A stretch of 63,443 nucleotides of DNA, filler included, from Octopus bimaculoides (lineage: Eukaryota), in the NCBI RefSeq assembly GCF_001194135.2. It is 6 parts of 6 records of this genome, joined end to end, with 100 filler letters (N's around TTAATTAATTAA, not from the genome) between each part and the next. Parts side by side here need not be neighbours in the genome. Positions count along the whole stretch, not along the records: positions 25,775 to 47,790 come from NC_068982.1; positions 47,891 to 52,841 come from NC_068984.1; 4 more parts are not named here. One strand, written 5' to 3'. Positions within the stretch are counted from its first letter, which is position 1. Every line of letters begins with the position of its first letter. This document shows positions 39,198-51,119 of this stretch, piece after piece. The position numbers were made by a program, and so were the translations under genes. Under the pieces are notes generated by a model. It was given only the letters and a program-made list of their open reading frames with translations. It was not told where the DNA came from and did no database searches.

Positions 39198-40246
39198 TAT
39201 ATTTCACTTGTTTACTTTTGTAAAGCAACAGTCCTAAGTTTAAAGTAGGATTGGTAAATTGATATAAAGATTAGTAGCAATAGATAAATATTCAGGTGAA
39301 CAGAAAATTGACTAATCATTTAACTATAGACATTAAATATTCTTCTCAACATTGTTTCTCCTTAACAAGCAATACAAATTCCATCAATGAAATTTCACCC
39401 ACTTCACCTTTAGAATTAACCTTTAAAGCCACTCCACAGTCCGTGGATGGAGCACAATTTGTAGGCTACTCTGCTCTGCTATAAATGACACACACAGTTG
39501 TCCCTCCCTGGTTCTACCTTCTCTTTTCAGTTGACTGAATGTGAGAATATATAAAAGAGAAAAAGACATGAAGAACAGGTTGAACCAGAATCCAAAAGAT
39601 TATCATTGTCATATCTTTCTCTGCAGACTTGTCGAGTATAAAATTATAAATTACTGATATTTCATCTAGTGATAATAATTGTCTGAATGTAAATGTATTT
39701 ACGCGTACCAAGTGTCGTTCAACCGTTTCACATACATAAACATACGCGCGCGCGCACACACTCACACACACACATGCACTTACTCATCTATCTATCTATC
39801 TATCTATCTAGATAGATAGATAGATAAATAAAACAATAGAAAGTATACCCTGAAAAATCTGTTTCCTGTTTCAACAACCGGGTGATTGTATTCTTTGTTG
39901 GTTTCAAAAGGTGTTTTCACTCTATTTTTGCCAATATATCCAGTTATCGTTCTTTCATGTCGAACTTTAAGATATCTGTGCAGATGAAATATATAACTGG
40001 TTTTTTTTTTTATATTTTATACTCTAGAAATGTAGAATTCTTTCCGGGTGAAATTTGTAGTTTTAGAATCATCATACAGGAATTACAAATATTAAAATGT
40101 ATTCTTCCATCAACATTGTAATTAAAATAACCAAAATCACGGAATTAACTCACAGTAAGAAAAAAGTGAATACGCCAGAGACAATGACTCTTGGATGAAA
40201 AGATAAAATTCAAAAATTAAGATTCCAGTGAATCAGACCAAGTTTC

Positions 40247-40833
40247 GGATCTTTTTTAAAACGGGGGCCACATTTTTCATTAACGAAACACTTTGAAACT
40301 TGGAACACTGGTAGAATGTGTCATATAAAACATCTTTTTCTCTTAGTCTTCTTTAAAAAAAAAGAAATCCATAAGTTATTCCATGTTAAAGTTGTCGTAT
40401 TTCTGTAATTTCAACCAATCACTGACGTCCATTCAGCCGATATACATTAAGTGCCGACTACATAAACAAACGATTCTGAAACAATTAACCCTAACCCTAA
40501 CCCTAACCCTAGGGTTAGGGTTAGGGTTAGGGTTAGGGTTAAAGCAAATTTAAAATGAAAAAAGCAAATAAAACGAAGGTATGGAGATTAAATACGCTTT
40601 ACATCGCTTAATCAGCCAAAGGAGTAAATGTAAACAACTGAATACTTGTCAGTGATTGGTTGAAATTATCGAAATAAGACAATTTTTTACATGAAATAAA
40701 TTCGAATACAAAAATATTTTTCTGTTCTATAATGCAAAATAGATAAGTATACAAAGTTTGAAAGTCTTTCCGTACCAAAAAACACTACGTAACACATTAA
40801 TGAAAAATGTGGCCCCCGTTTTAAAATAGATCC
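40247..40833. mobile_element. 587-bp MITE with about 38-bp TIRs, an 8-bp TSD and a central telomeric palindrome
   Basis: TSD caagtttc at 40239-46 and 40834-41; TIR ggatcttttttaaaacgggggcccacatttttcattaa and its reverse complement; inner IR aatttcaaccaatcactgac. Confidence 0.92.
40485..40542. repeat. (AACCCT)4-(AGGGTT)5 palindromic telomeric repeat
   Basis: ttaaccctaaccctaaccctaaccct|agggttagggttagggttagggttagggttaa. Confidence 0.95.
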
Positions 40834-41499
40834 CAAGTTTCACTTGAAGTCATAAAAAAGATCCAGAAACAGCTGTAGAAAACCCCTGAAGGAAAACAAA
40901 ATTCTTTGCGGAATTGCTATCTGAAACTTAGGAAACAGTTTTTAGAAGAGAATAAAGAAAGAGAAAGCAACTTCGGACAGATGTTATCTTCACTAATGAA
41001 TCAAGATCCTCTCTTTCCTCTTTTAATCATCAAAGATCAAAAGGTTTAATTATAATGGAGTGGAGCTTTTTCACCTGTCAAGATACTAAATACTTTCTTT
41101 CCCACAATGAAAATATCACTGCACAATATTTTTAAAGAAAAAAAAAACATTATAAGAGTCTTATAATGTCTTTTTCTTTTGTAAAAGTTCATCTAATTCA
41201 AACAAGACTGACAACAGAGTTAGTTGGACATAGTGTTGTTAATTCTGTCCAATTAATATTTTGCTAAAATAATTAGAAGCAATAGTTAAGTGGTTAAGGT
41301 TAACGATAATAATTCAAAGCAAAATTATAAAGAACTTTTAAAATAAGAATACTTAACTTGTTTAGATCGTAAGTATAGTCAAAATTCGAGACTGCATTAG
41401 GAATGAGTCTTCTGAATTTAAAACATTCGCCGGGAGTATAACTAAAAAGAGTGAAAACCGTCAGTTATTAATTTGGGTTAATCAAATTTAATATTGCTA

Positions 41500-42720
41500 A
41501 ATATCTAACTAGATTTGATTTCATCGATGCTCCGATGACCACTGGTATTTTTTTCGGTCTTCGTATTCCAAATTCTGTTGATTTCGCTCTCCGAGGCTTT
41601 GGACTTGATCAATATGTCTGTGACTTTCATGGAACTGGGACTTTTTCCAGATATACACCTCATGCCTTCCTGTCCTTGATAACGATGTCCGTCTTGTTGG
41701 CGTTTACCTCTCTGCCATAAACTAAGCATAGCCCAAAGGACGGTGACGCAATTGTTGCTAGTCACAGTGTTTCGTTGATGTCTATACCACTTCTCAGTTA
41801 TCTTGATTCTATAACTTCTGCATATTTTCTGGTTTAGGTACGCAGTTACCTTGTTAGATCTTCGTGGAGGTATGCTCGGTCTGCTACTTTCAGGCATCCA
41901 AACAATGTGGCCGATGGTTTCTTCATACGCTCCACAAATCTTGCATTGTGGGGTTTGTTTCATCATAGATAATGCGATGACAACATCTGTTTGCAGGACT
42001 TTGATTTCGTGCGTCGATTATGGGAGTTTCTGTGTCTGCTTTAACTCCAGTACTCTTAAACCACTTGGTTCACGTCTACAACCTCTATCCATTTTAGGTG
42101 CTTCTTGTACATTACATTATCTCCAGTTGATGCAGGCCTTGCTATTTCGTATTCTGTTTCACTCGTTGGACTAAATGGTTGTTGCCTTGTTTTCCGTTGG
42201 CAGGATTTTTATGGTTTCAAATATTTCATCAAATCCCTGATGATACTTTACAATTTGGAGGAGCAGATCTTATGACTTTTTCTTTATTAGTTATGCATCC
42301 GATCTACAATCTGATAATCTTGAAAGTCAGCTCAAGATGAGGTAAGCATTGTCCTTCTGAAGCTTTTGGTAGATGCAACCTATCGATATCTCCTTTCGGG
42401 TGGAGCATCTTCTCTGTGGTTAGCATCTGTTTTTCTTGGTGATATTGGAACAATATGTCACCACAGATATTGGCTGAGTGTTAATGGATTTAAATTTTCT
42501 TCGTCGCAGTTAATTCACTTTTCAACTAGCAATAACCACGCCTCGGATAACCCCTTTTCATATACTACGAAACATTATGATCTGAGTTCAAGTTCTGCTG
42601 AGATTAGCTTACCCTTTAGTCCTTTAGAGATCGATAAACTATATACCATTTATATATTGCAGTCAAGGTAAGCAAGTATTGTATTCTCTATTGAAATGCG
42701 TTACGTGTGCCAATGTTAAT
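41500..42720 (-). pseudogene. Decayed R4/Dong-clade non-LTR retrotransposon (RT thumb, CCHC knuckle, RLE endonuclease)
   Basis: Minus frames read HPKGDIDRLHLP, KWFKSTGVKADTET, QCKICGAYEETIGHIV, KTDIVIKDRK and KIPVVIGA, with many stops and frameshifts. Confidence 0.85.
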
Positions 42721-43149
42721 AAGTAATATTATACCAACAGTTTTATTCAAGCAATCTCATTAAACCGCCACTTGACGTCCATAATTAATATGGTAGAATG
42801 ATTTGAAGTAAATGCTTGTACAATCCAGTTTCGTTTCTTCAATGGAATTGTGTTTACTTACATTAATAATTCTTCCCCAAACTACGAAAGTTTGAAGCTA
42901 TGAAAAATAGATATATGTACATCATTTTCTGATTGAATTTCAGTTGCTTAAATTAATTCCTGGATATTTTATAAGTTCACATTTTACAGTTCTGTTTGAA
43001 GGTGCTTTAATTTCGTTACAACATAAATAGTAAAACATTGCTGGACAACAAAAACAACAATACAATACTAAGGGTAACAAACGCGAAAGATAATACATAA
43101 AAATGAAGAAACCTCTAAGTAATTATATCAAAAAGTTCACTGCAATGAA

Positions 43150-43528
43150 TTATTACCTCTGCCTTAGCGAAGGCGGAGGTATTGTTTCCAGTCGTCTTTG
43201 TTTGTTTGTTTGTCCGTGGACAAGATATCTCAAGAACCGCTGGATGGATTCGGATGAAGCTTTCAGGGATGTTTGGCCTCATGACTGGCACGAACTGATT
43301 AGATTTTGGGATCGATCCGGTACCGCACAACGATTTTGGATTATTTTTCCGGGTTTTTTTTTTTTTTCACTTAATTTTGGAGAGCGGTCGGTTTCATATT
43401 TAATATTCGCGTTTGTGAGAGCAGTTTATTTCAGATATTCTCATTTTAAAAAAATCATCTCTGGCTAATCGTTGAGAGGACGTTGGTGTTGCCTTGGCGG
43501 AGGTTTGCGCTCTCCGAGTACTCCTGTT
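43150..43528 (+). mobile_element. Non-autonomous Helentron-associated element (HINE/DINE-1-like)
   Basis: 5' ttattacctctgcc...ggcggaggt; (TTTG)n microsatellite; 3' ccttggcggaggt plus hairpin gcgctctccgagtact and TT ends. Confidence 0.75.
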
Positions 43529-43564
43529 AAGAATATAAGACAAAGATAATATTGGTAAAGCCAG

Positions 43565-44265
43565 TGATGCAGCGAGCTAGCAGAATCGTTAGAAGGTAAA
43601 GGGCGAAATGCCTAGCGGCAAAAGATACCGCTGAGCATTTCGCCCTTTACGTTCTGAATTCAAATTCCGCCGAGGTCGGCTTTGCCTTTCATCCTTTCGG
43701 TGCCGATAAATAAATACCATTTGACCTCTGGATGGTCGATTTAACTGAATTACCCCCTCCTGCAAACTGCTGGTCTTGTTCCAAAATTTGAAACCAATAT
43801 AACAAGTAGAACTGAAGGTAAAAAGAAAAGAGAGCGACAAAAGCTTAAATATAAAGAACAATCTACATTATGAATTGGTTTTTAGGAATAATTGTCTCCA
43901 TCCGATCCGTGGAATCTGGTTCGTGTTTCAATCCGAGTTAGACACCCCTGCTCTAATGATTCTGTCAATCTGTACCCTGGATTGATATTTTATTTTACCT
44001 AACCCAGTGGGATTTAAACTGAAAATGTCAAGAACCGGAATAGATACCGGTTTCAAAATTTGGCACAGGGCCGGCAATTTCTGGGGACAGGGTAAGTCAA
44101 TTACAACGACCCTAGTAATTAAAATGATACTATTTTATCGAACCCCGAAAGAATGAAATGTTAAGTCGACCTCGGTGGAATTTGAACTCAGAACCTAAAG
44201 ACGGATGAAATGCCGCTAAGTATTTTGTCCGGTGTGCTAACAATTCTGCCATGTAGCCGCCTTAA
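43565..44265. mobile_element. Two SINE family A copies (43565-43800 plus strand; 44050-44265 minus strand)
   Basis: gcgagctagcagaatcgttag...ttctgaattcaaattccgccgaggtcg, and the reverse-complement copy. Confidence 0.85.
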
Positions 44266-45166
44266 AAACCGGAATAAATATCGCAAGGCATTTTGTCAAC
44301 TCTCCAAAATATTCTGTCAACTGCTTTTACGACTACGACTTATTTCTACATATGGAACCTATAAGGATGGGAGGAATACTTGACACAGACATGAATAAAG
44401 AACAGTGAAGGAAATAAACTGTTGTGAAGCATTTAGTTCGGCGCTCACATTTTTTTCTCTGCCAAATGTGCGATAACATTTCATTGAACAATTTCATACG
44501 GCGAGAGAAGCGAAAAGCACACGTCAACATGTATTCTTGGGCAAACATATATATACAGGCATATGAGTGCGTATACACTGACACATTTACAGAAACCTCT
44601 TACACAGGAAAACCACATACACGCACGCCCTCTAAATCATTCATCGCATAATAGTAATCAGATAGATGACTCCAAAACTCGAGTATATTTTACCACACAC
44701 ACACACATACACTCACTAGCCAGTGCAAACACAGACGCACAAGAATGAGCTGAAAGAATACATGTTGAGCCATATGCATTCATTCATTTACTCAATTTTA
44801 AATCGAAATTTCTAAACAGGGGTAATTGCCAGAACAGCATTAGTTTGAGGTTTGACTGCAAAGCTTTTTTTTTTATAGCAAGAAATAAAGATAATTGTAG
44901 GTTTAAAGCAAAAAGTAAAAATCAAAACAGGGTAAAGAAGTGAAAAATAAATGTGTCTGCCAATATGTCTCGGTAAATCATCCGCAATTATAGGATGAAA
45001 TAATTACAACTTAAGATAAATTGCTACCGCTGTTCATTATTATTCGTTACTGATGACGTTATGTCCGTTGTTGTTTAACTTCAAGGCATTCTACAGTAAG
45101 AAGACCTATAATATGGGTTTAGGGAAGCTTCTCTGCTATTTCTAGACAGTCGAACAGCTACGCAGA

Positions 45167-45197
<31 letters not shown>

Positions 45198-45728
45198 NNN
45201 NNNNNNNNNNNNNNNNNNNNNNNNNNNNNNNNNNNNNNNNNNNNNNNNNNNNNNNNNNNNNNNNNNNNNNNNNNNNNNNNNNNNNNNNNNNNNNNNNNNN
45301 NNNNNNNNNNNNNNNNNNNNNNNNNNNNNNNNNNNNNNNNNNNNNNNNNNNNNNNNNNNNNNNNNNNNNNNNNNNNNNNNNNNNNNNNNNNNNNNNNNNN
45401 NNNNNNNNNNNNNNNNNNNNNNNNNNNNNNNNNNNNNNNNNNNNNNNNNNNNNNNNNNNNNNNNNNNNNNNNNNNNNNNNNNNNNNNNNNNNNNNNNNNN
45501 NNNNNNNNNNNNNNNNNNNNNNNNNNNNNNNNNNNNNNNNNNNNNNNNNNNNNNNNNNNNNNNNNNNNNNNNNNNNNNNNNNNNNNNTATATATATATAT
45601 ATATATATAAATTATGGTTGAAATAGGCGCTTGGATTTTAATTCATTAATACGTGCACAATGCATGTACATTATTTTTGCTTATGGCGGTATGTATAATG
45701 TATTTTTCATTTATTTACGCTTCTGTAT

Positions 45729-45792
45729 GTTCCCGCTGATGATCGGAAAGGGTTTTTAATAACTCAAACCGTGAAATCTATAGATTTGGGAC
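45729..45792 (+). ncRNA. Type I hammerhead motif, variant with U.U at the base of stem II
   Basis: gttcccg CTGATGA(45736-42) tcgg...ccgt GAAA(45773-76) tctataga TT tgggac. Stem III lies in the palindrome AAATCTATAGATTT. Confidence 0.6.
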
Positions 45793-45824
45793 TACCCAAA
45801 CTATTTTGTAAATCCTCGCTGTCT

Positions 45825-46145
45825 ATTTTCCTTGCTTACAACCTTCTGTGGTAGAGTTATAATCTAAGTGGTTCATAGACCATTTGGGGTCTATTTCTAT
45901 CGGACTGGTGTTGTAATCATTCAGCACCCTTATTAGAATTTTAATATAAATTAACCATTATGATATTTTTAGTATGTTGTCCACTGATAAATCATTAAAT
46001 AACGATTTTATCCTATTTATGTATATTAAAATTCTAATAAGGGTGCTGAATGATTACAACACCAGTCCGATAGAAATAGACCCCAAATGGTCTATGAACC
46101 ACTTAGATTATAACTCTACCACAGAAGGTTGTAAGCAAGGAAAAT
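45825..46145. repeat. Perfect 124-bp inverted repeat with a 73-bp spacer
   Basis: 45825-45948 equals the reverse complement of 46022-46145, checked base by base with no mismatch seen. Confidence 0.92.
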
Positions 46146-46166
46146 TGGTTATTTTCCCTAAAACTA

Positions 46167-46206
<40 letters not shown>

Positions 46207-47364
46207 GTATAAAACCTAGTGATGAGTTCTGTGCAGATAATGCTTTTTGTCAATCAAATCCATGATCCGGATTTTTTATTTTTTCCATTTGAAGTTATTT
46301 CATTTCATTCGCATCACTGAAATCTTTGTTAAAGACATTAATGTTAATTTTTTTTTTCCCGTTTCCTCTCATGTAAACAAAAATTACTGAAAGCTTAAAG
46401 TATCTAAGGAAAGTATTATTTAAAATAAAATTTTATACTCTTTTAAAGAAATTTTACTTATGAGGATAGAGAAAGCTCTACATTCAGTGCCATCTAGTGA
46501 ATCTGTTTGCCTTATCGTCAGAAAATACTGACTTTATCAAATAATCCTTCCACTTCAAAAGTTATTGTGTTATCAGCTTCTCAGAGAAAACCCTGGCGAT
46601 TGGAAATTCTTTCTTGAATTAGTTTTGCATTTGCACCATTGATTAAATTATTGCAAAGAAGTTTGCATTAAAATGTCACAATGAATCTATGATTAATATA
46701 ATATTTATAGAAGAATACTATTGTAATAGCCGAAACTAGTATAGAATAGAATTTGGGAGAATTATCAACGCCCAGTGACTATGTAAATGAATCCTACAAA
46801 ACATTTTTACAGGATTGAATTCACAATATGTTTCTCTAGTATTCTAAGAATATATATAGGAATGCTTGAATTAAACACAATGTACTATAAAACGTTAGTA
46901 TCCCTGTTTCTTAAATCTGTGCGTTGTACATTCTTCCGGTACTTATATACGACTTGGGGGAGTAAACGGTACGAATTTACTTGGTTATAGACATAGTGTA
47001 GAATCAGTAAAGGGGACAAAATGTTGACCCCACCGCTGGTAGTTCAGTAATCTAAGAGAAAACTTTACCATCTGTAGTCAATAGAGAGAGACTGGTGGAA
47101 GTGTGAAAGTCGAAGAAAATGAAGGAAAGAGAAACAATATTGAGAGTGGAGTAGAGAATGTTTCATTGAAAGAATAATTCATCTGTGGTTTTTTGAAAGA
47201 ACGGAAATACTTCTGACGTTTTGTAAATTTCCTTTCCTGTGGTTAATTGATAAGTTAAACACAAAATTCTAGACTTAAGACATCAAATCAACAAATTAAT
47301 CTTTTAAAAGATTAAGTAAATGAATATTAATGAACTATATTCTCCTATTGTAATATTAGTTTCA

Positions 47365-47890
47365 AATCTTGACACAAGGCCAGCAATTTCAGCAAAGAGA
47401 TTAAGTCAATTAAATAGACCCTAGTGAACAACTGGTGCTTATTTTATCGACCCCAAAGGCATGAAAAGCAACGTCAACCTCGACGGAATATGAACTCCAA
47501 ACGTAAAGACGGACGAGATGTCGCTAAACATTTCGCCCGGTACGGTAACTGTTCTGCTAAGGCACCGCCTTTTTCTCGTATATTCTTTTCTTTTACTTGT
47601 TTCAGTCATTTGAATGGGGCCATGCTGGAGCAACGTCTTTAGTCGAACAAATCGACTCCAGAACTTATGCTTTGTAAGCCTAGTACTTATTCTCTTTTGT
47701 CGAACCGCCAAGTTATGGGGACGTAAATACACCAACATAAGTTGTCAAGCAATGGTGGGGGGAAAATACAGACACAATTATATATATATANNNNNNNNNN
47801 NNNNNNNNNNNNNNNNNNNNNNNNNNNNNNNNNNTTAATTAATTAANNNNNNNNNNNNNNNNNNNNNNNNNNNNNNNNNNNNNNNNNNNN

Positions 47891-47931
<41 letters not shown>

Positions 47932-48060
47932 GCATACATACATTCATTGATATATATACATACCAACTAACCCAACTTATATTTTAGGTAAATGACACTT
48001 GTCTAATATTCCATGCAGTAAGATCGAACCCGAGACCTCGTGGTTGTGAAACGAATCTTT
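47365..48060 (-). mobile_element. SINE A (47365-47570) followed by a gap-split SINE B (47586-48060)
   Basis: Family-diagnostic motifs as above. Confidence 0.8.
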
Positions 48061-49604
48061 TCACCGTTTGGTCTTGCTGTTAGTCACTTTAAATATAAAC
48101 ACACACACACACACGCGCACACACACACACGCACACACACACACACACACTGCTTAGATTAACATTTAACAGTCTAGCTATCTACCTCTAAATATACGTG
48201 TGCGTATCCATACATGCCTAATTCACACATACATACATATACATGTGTATGTCTATCATATATTTATGCATATATCATATATAGAGTATATTGATATGCG
48301 TATGTGTGCTTGTGCGCGCTCGCGTGTGTGCTTGTTTCTATAGTTTGTAAGTGTGTGTGTGATGTGTGGGCATTTGTGCGTACGCCTGCGCATGCGTGCG
48401 TGCGGCAGTGGGCACGTTTGTGTGTGTATGTGTGCGGGTGTGAAAGAGAGAGGTCTACAATGTATACATATTAATGATTCCACTCAGGGTATTTATGCAT
48501 ATGAAAATGTTTTTGTTTTTTTTTTATGACGGTGGCCGGTAGTTTAAAGACATTAAGGACGCGTGCTTGTGTTATGTTTTATAGATCTGGGCGTGTTAAG
48601 CGAAATAACAACTGATGAAGAAAGACCATGCGAATGAATAAGTGACAGAGNNNNNNNNNNNNNNNNNNNNNNNNNNNNNNNNNNNNNNNNNNNNNNNNNN
48701 NNNNNNNNNNNNNNNNNNNNNNNNNNNNNNNNNNNNNNNNNNNNNNNNNNNNNNNNNNNNNNNNNNNNNNNNNNNNNNNNNNNNNNNNNNNNNNNNNNNN
48801 NNNNNNNNNNNNNNNNNNNNNNNNNNNNNNNNNNNNNNNNNNNNNNNNNNNNNNNNNNNNNNNNNNNNNNNNNNNNNNNNNNNNNNNNNNNNNNNNNNNN
48901 NNNNNNNNNNNNNNNNNNNNNNNNNNNNNNNNNNNNNNNNNNNNNNNNNNNNNNNNNNNNNNNNNNNNNNNNNNNNNNNNNNNNNNNNNNNNNNNNNNNN
49001 NNNNNNNNNNNNNNNNNNNNNNNNNNNNNNNNNNNNNNNNNNNNNNNNNNNNNNNNNNNNNNNNNNNNNNNNNNNNNNNNNNNNNNNNNNNNNNNNNNNN
49101 NNNNNNNNNNNNNNNNNNNNNNNNNNNNNNNNNNNNNNNNNNNNNNNNNNNNNNNNNNNNNNNNNNNNNNNNNNNNNNNNNNNNNNNNNNNNNNNNNNNN
49201 NNNNNNNNNNNNNNNNNNNNNNNNNNNNNNNNNNNNNNNNNNNNNNNNNNNNNNNNNNNNNNNNNNNNNNNNNNNNNNNNNNNNNNNNNNNNNNNNNNNN
49301 NNNNNNNNNNNNNNNNNNNNNNNNNNNNNNNNNNNNNNNNNNNNNNNNNNNNNNNNNNNNNNNNNNNNNNNNNNNNNNNNNNNNNNNNNNNNNNNNNNNN
49401 NNNNNNNNNNNNNNNNNNNNNNNNNNNNNNNNNNNNNNNNNNNNNNNNNNNNNNNNNNNNNNNNNNNNNNNNNNNNNNNNNNNNNNNNNNNNNNNNTAGT
49501 CAATACGCAGTGATCATTTATACATATCAATATTTATAGCATGTATATACTCATGCGTCAATATAAATCTCTATATCTATACATAAGCACTTACTTACAG
49601 ACGT

Positions 49605-49920
49605 AATATTGGCTTCAAATCTGGGCACAAGACCATCAGTTTCGGTGGGGAAAGACCTTAACTCTATGACATCATCCCCAGGATGAAAGCTAAATTCGAC
49701 CTCCGAGGAACTTGAACTCTGTGATTGTTCCCCCCATCATCGTTTGACAGCCGGTATTGGTGTGCTTGCGTCTCTGAAACCTAGTGGGTCGGCAAAGAGA
49801 CCGATAGAATAAGTATTAGGATTTTAAAAATCAGTCCTGAGATCGAATTGTTCGACGAAACACTCCAATGCGATGCTCCAGCATGGACCCAGTCAAATGT
49901 CTGAAAGAGATAAATGAATA
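49605..49920. mobile_element. Partial SINE A (minus strand) fused to a SINE B 3' half (plus strand)
   Basis: ggatgaaagctaaattcgacctccgaggaacttgaactc, then gtgggtcggcaaagagaccgatagaataag. Confidence 0.7.
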
Positions 49921-49931
49921 AAATAATGTGT

Positions 49932-49970
<39 letters not shown>

Positions 49971-50661
49971 AGAGAGAGAGAGAGAGAGAGAGAGTGTGTG
50001 AGCGAGTATATGCATGTATAAATACACACACACATGCACGCACACACACACACACGCGCGCGCGCGCGCGCAGACACACACACACCAGTACGGTGACGAC
50101 CAAATTTCACCGTCAGCCTTGCCTCCCTTTATTGTCTTTGTCGCTTTATATTATTTCTCTGTAATTCAAAGCTAAACATACCGAGTTAAAGGCTTCTTGC
50201 TTACTTCACATCAGTTATTATAATTGAATTTAGCAGACCTATGATGATTGCTTTCAAACCGTATCCATCATTTCTCTTCTGTATTTATTCATTTATTTTA
50301 CATCAACGACCTCGTTCTAGATTTCCCTTTATTTCTATAGGTTGTAATTTGATAAATTTTCAAAATTATTCAAAATTAGAAAAATTGTTGATGTGTCGGC
50401 ATGGCATTTGTAAGATTTTCTAACTTCTTTTTTTTTTTTTATCCAATACACGCGCGTGTGTTTATGTGTGTGTACATATATACACACACAACAGTCACAC
50501 ACATGGGTAGTAGACTTAATCTGTCATCCAATTTAACATCACCTCCTTGAACTCTTAGCGGAGACAATTATCTGTTGCAAGTTTTCGAACCAGGTCTCAA
50601 GTCTGAAGATACCATTCTCCTTCCCATCAACCTGGAGGCTCAGAAGACAAACTTCCTAGAG

Positions 50662-50997
50662 CAGGGATACTCAACAGATTTTTATTTACGGACCCTTTTG
50701 ATTGCTATTTCATTCTTGTGGACACTTATAATCATTAGATGTTTAAAAACTAGATTCATAGAAACTTCTTTCAAAATTCCTATTTTGTTATTCACACAGT
50801 GTAGGTTGAACCCTGTAAAATTTTAGAGAAAGTTGTTTCTTGCAATACATACCAATACATACATCTAAAGCAAATTTTTTTTTCAGGGTCCCTTAAAATG
50901 CTACTGTGGATCTCCAGTTTGCTATTTTGTTGTGCGGACCCCAAAAGCCTTATATGGACCCTCAGGGGTCCACATGGACCCCAGTTGAGAACCACTG
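50662..50997 (+). mobile_element. hAT-type MITE (CAG...CTG ends, 8-bp TSD)
   Basis: cagggatactcaac and gttgagaaccactg ends; TSD tcctagag (50654-61) and tcctagac (50998-51005). Confidence 0.8.
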
Positions 50998-51084
50998 TCC
51001 TAGACGCTCTTTTAGTAGTAGTAGTAGTAGTAGGGGCCACATGGACCCCAGTTGAGAACCACTGTCCTAGACGCTCTTTTAGTT

Positions 51085-51119
<35 letters not shown>

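Noticed and set aside
39420-39485. Possible minus-strand exon QSRVAYKLCSIHGLWSGFK, resembling a class B GPCR or sushi C..G.W motif
   Set aside because: The match is too short, the donor is weak and a chance match is likely.
40485-40542. Chromosome end-to-end fusion site
   Set aside because: The orientation is CCCTAA then TTAGGG, the reverse of a fusion, and the repeat lies inside a TSD-bounded MITE.
40858-40880. Hammerhead 3' half GAAA CAGCTG TA
   Set aside because: No CTGANGA or stem I partner was found upstream, even after removing the MITE. At most it is a relic.
46700-46750. Hammerhead-like GAAA CTAG TA with a ctatt/aatag hairpin
   Set aside because: The 5' core and the closing pairs of stem II are too degraded to call.
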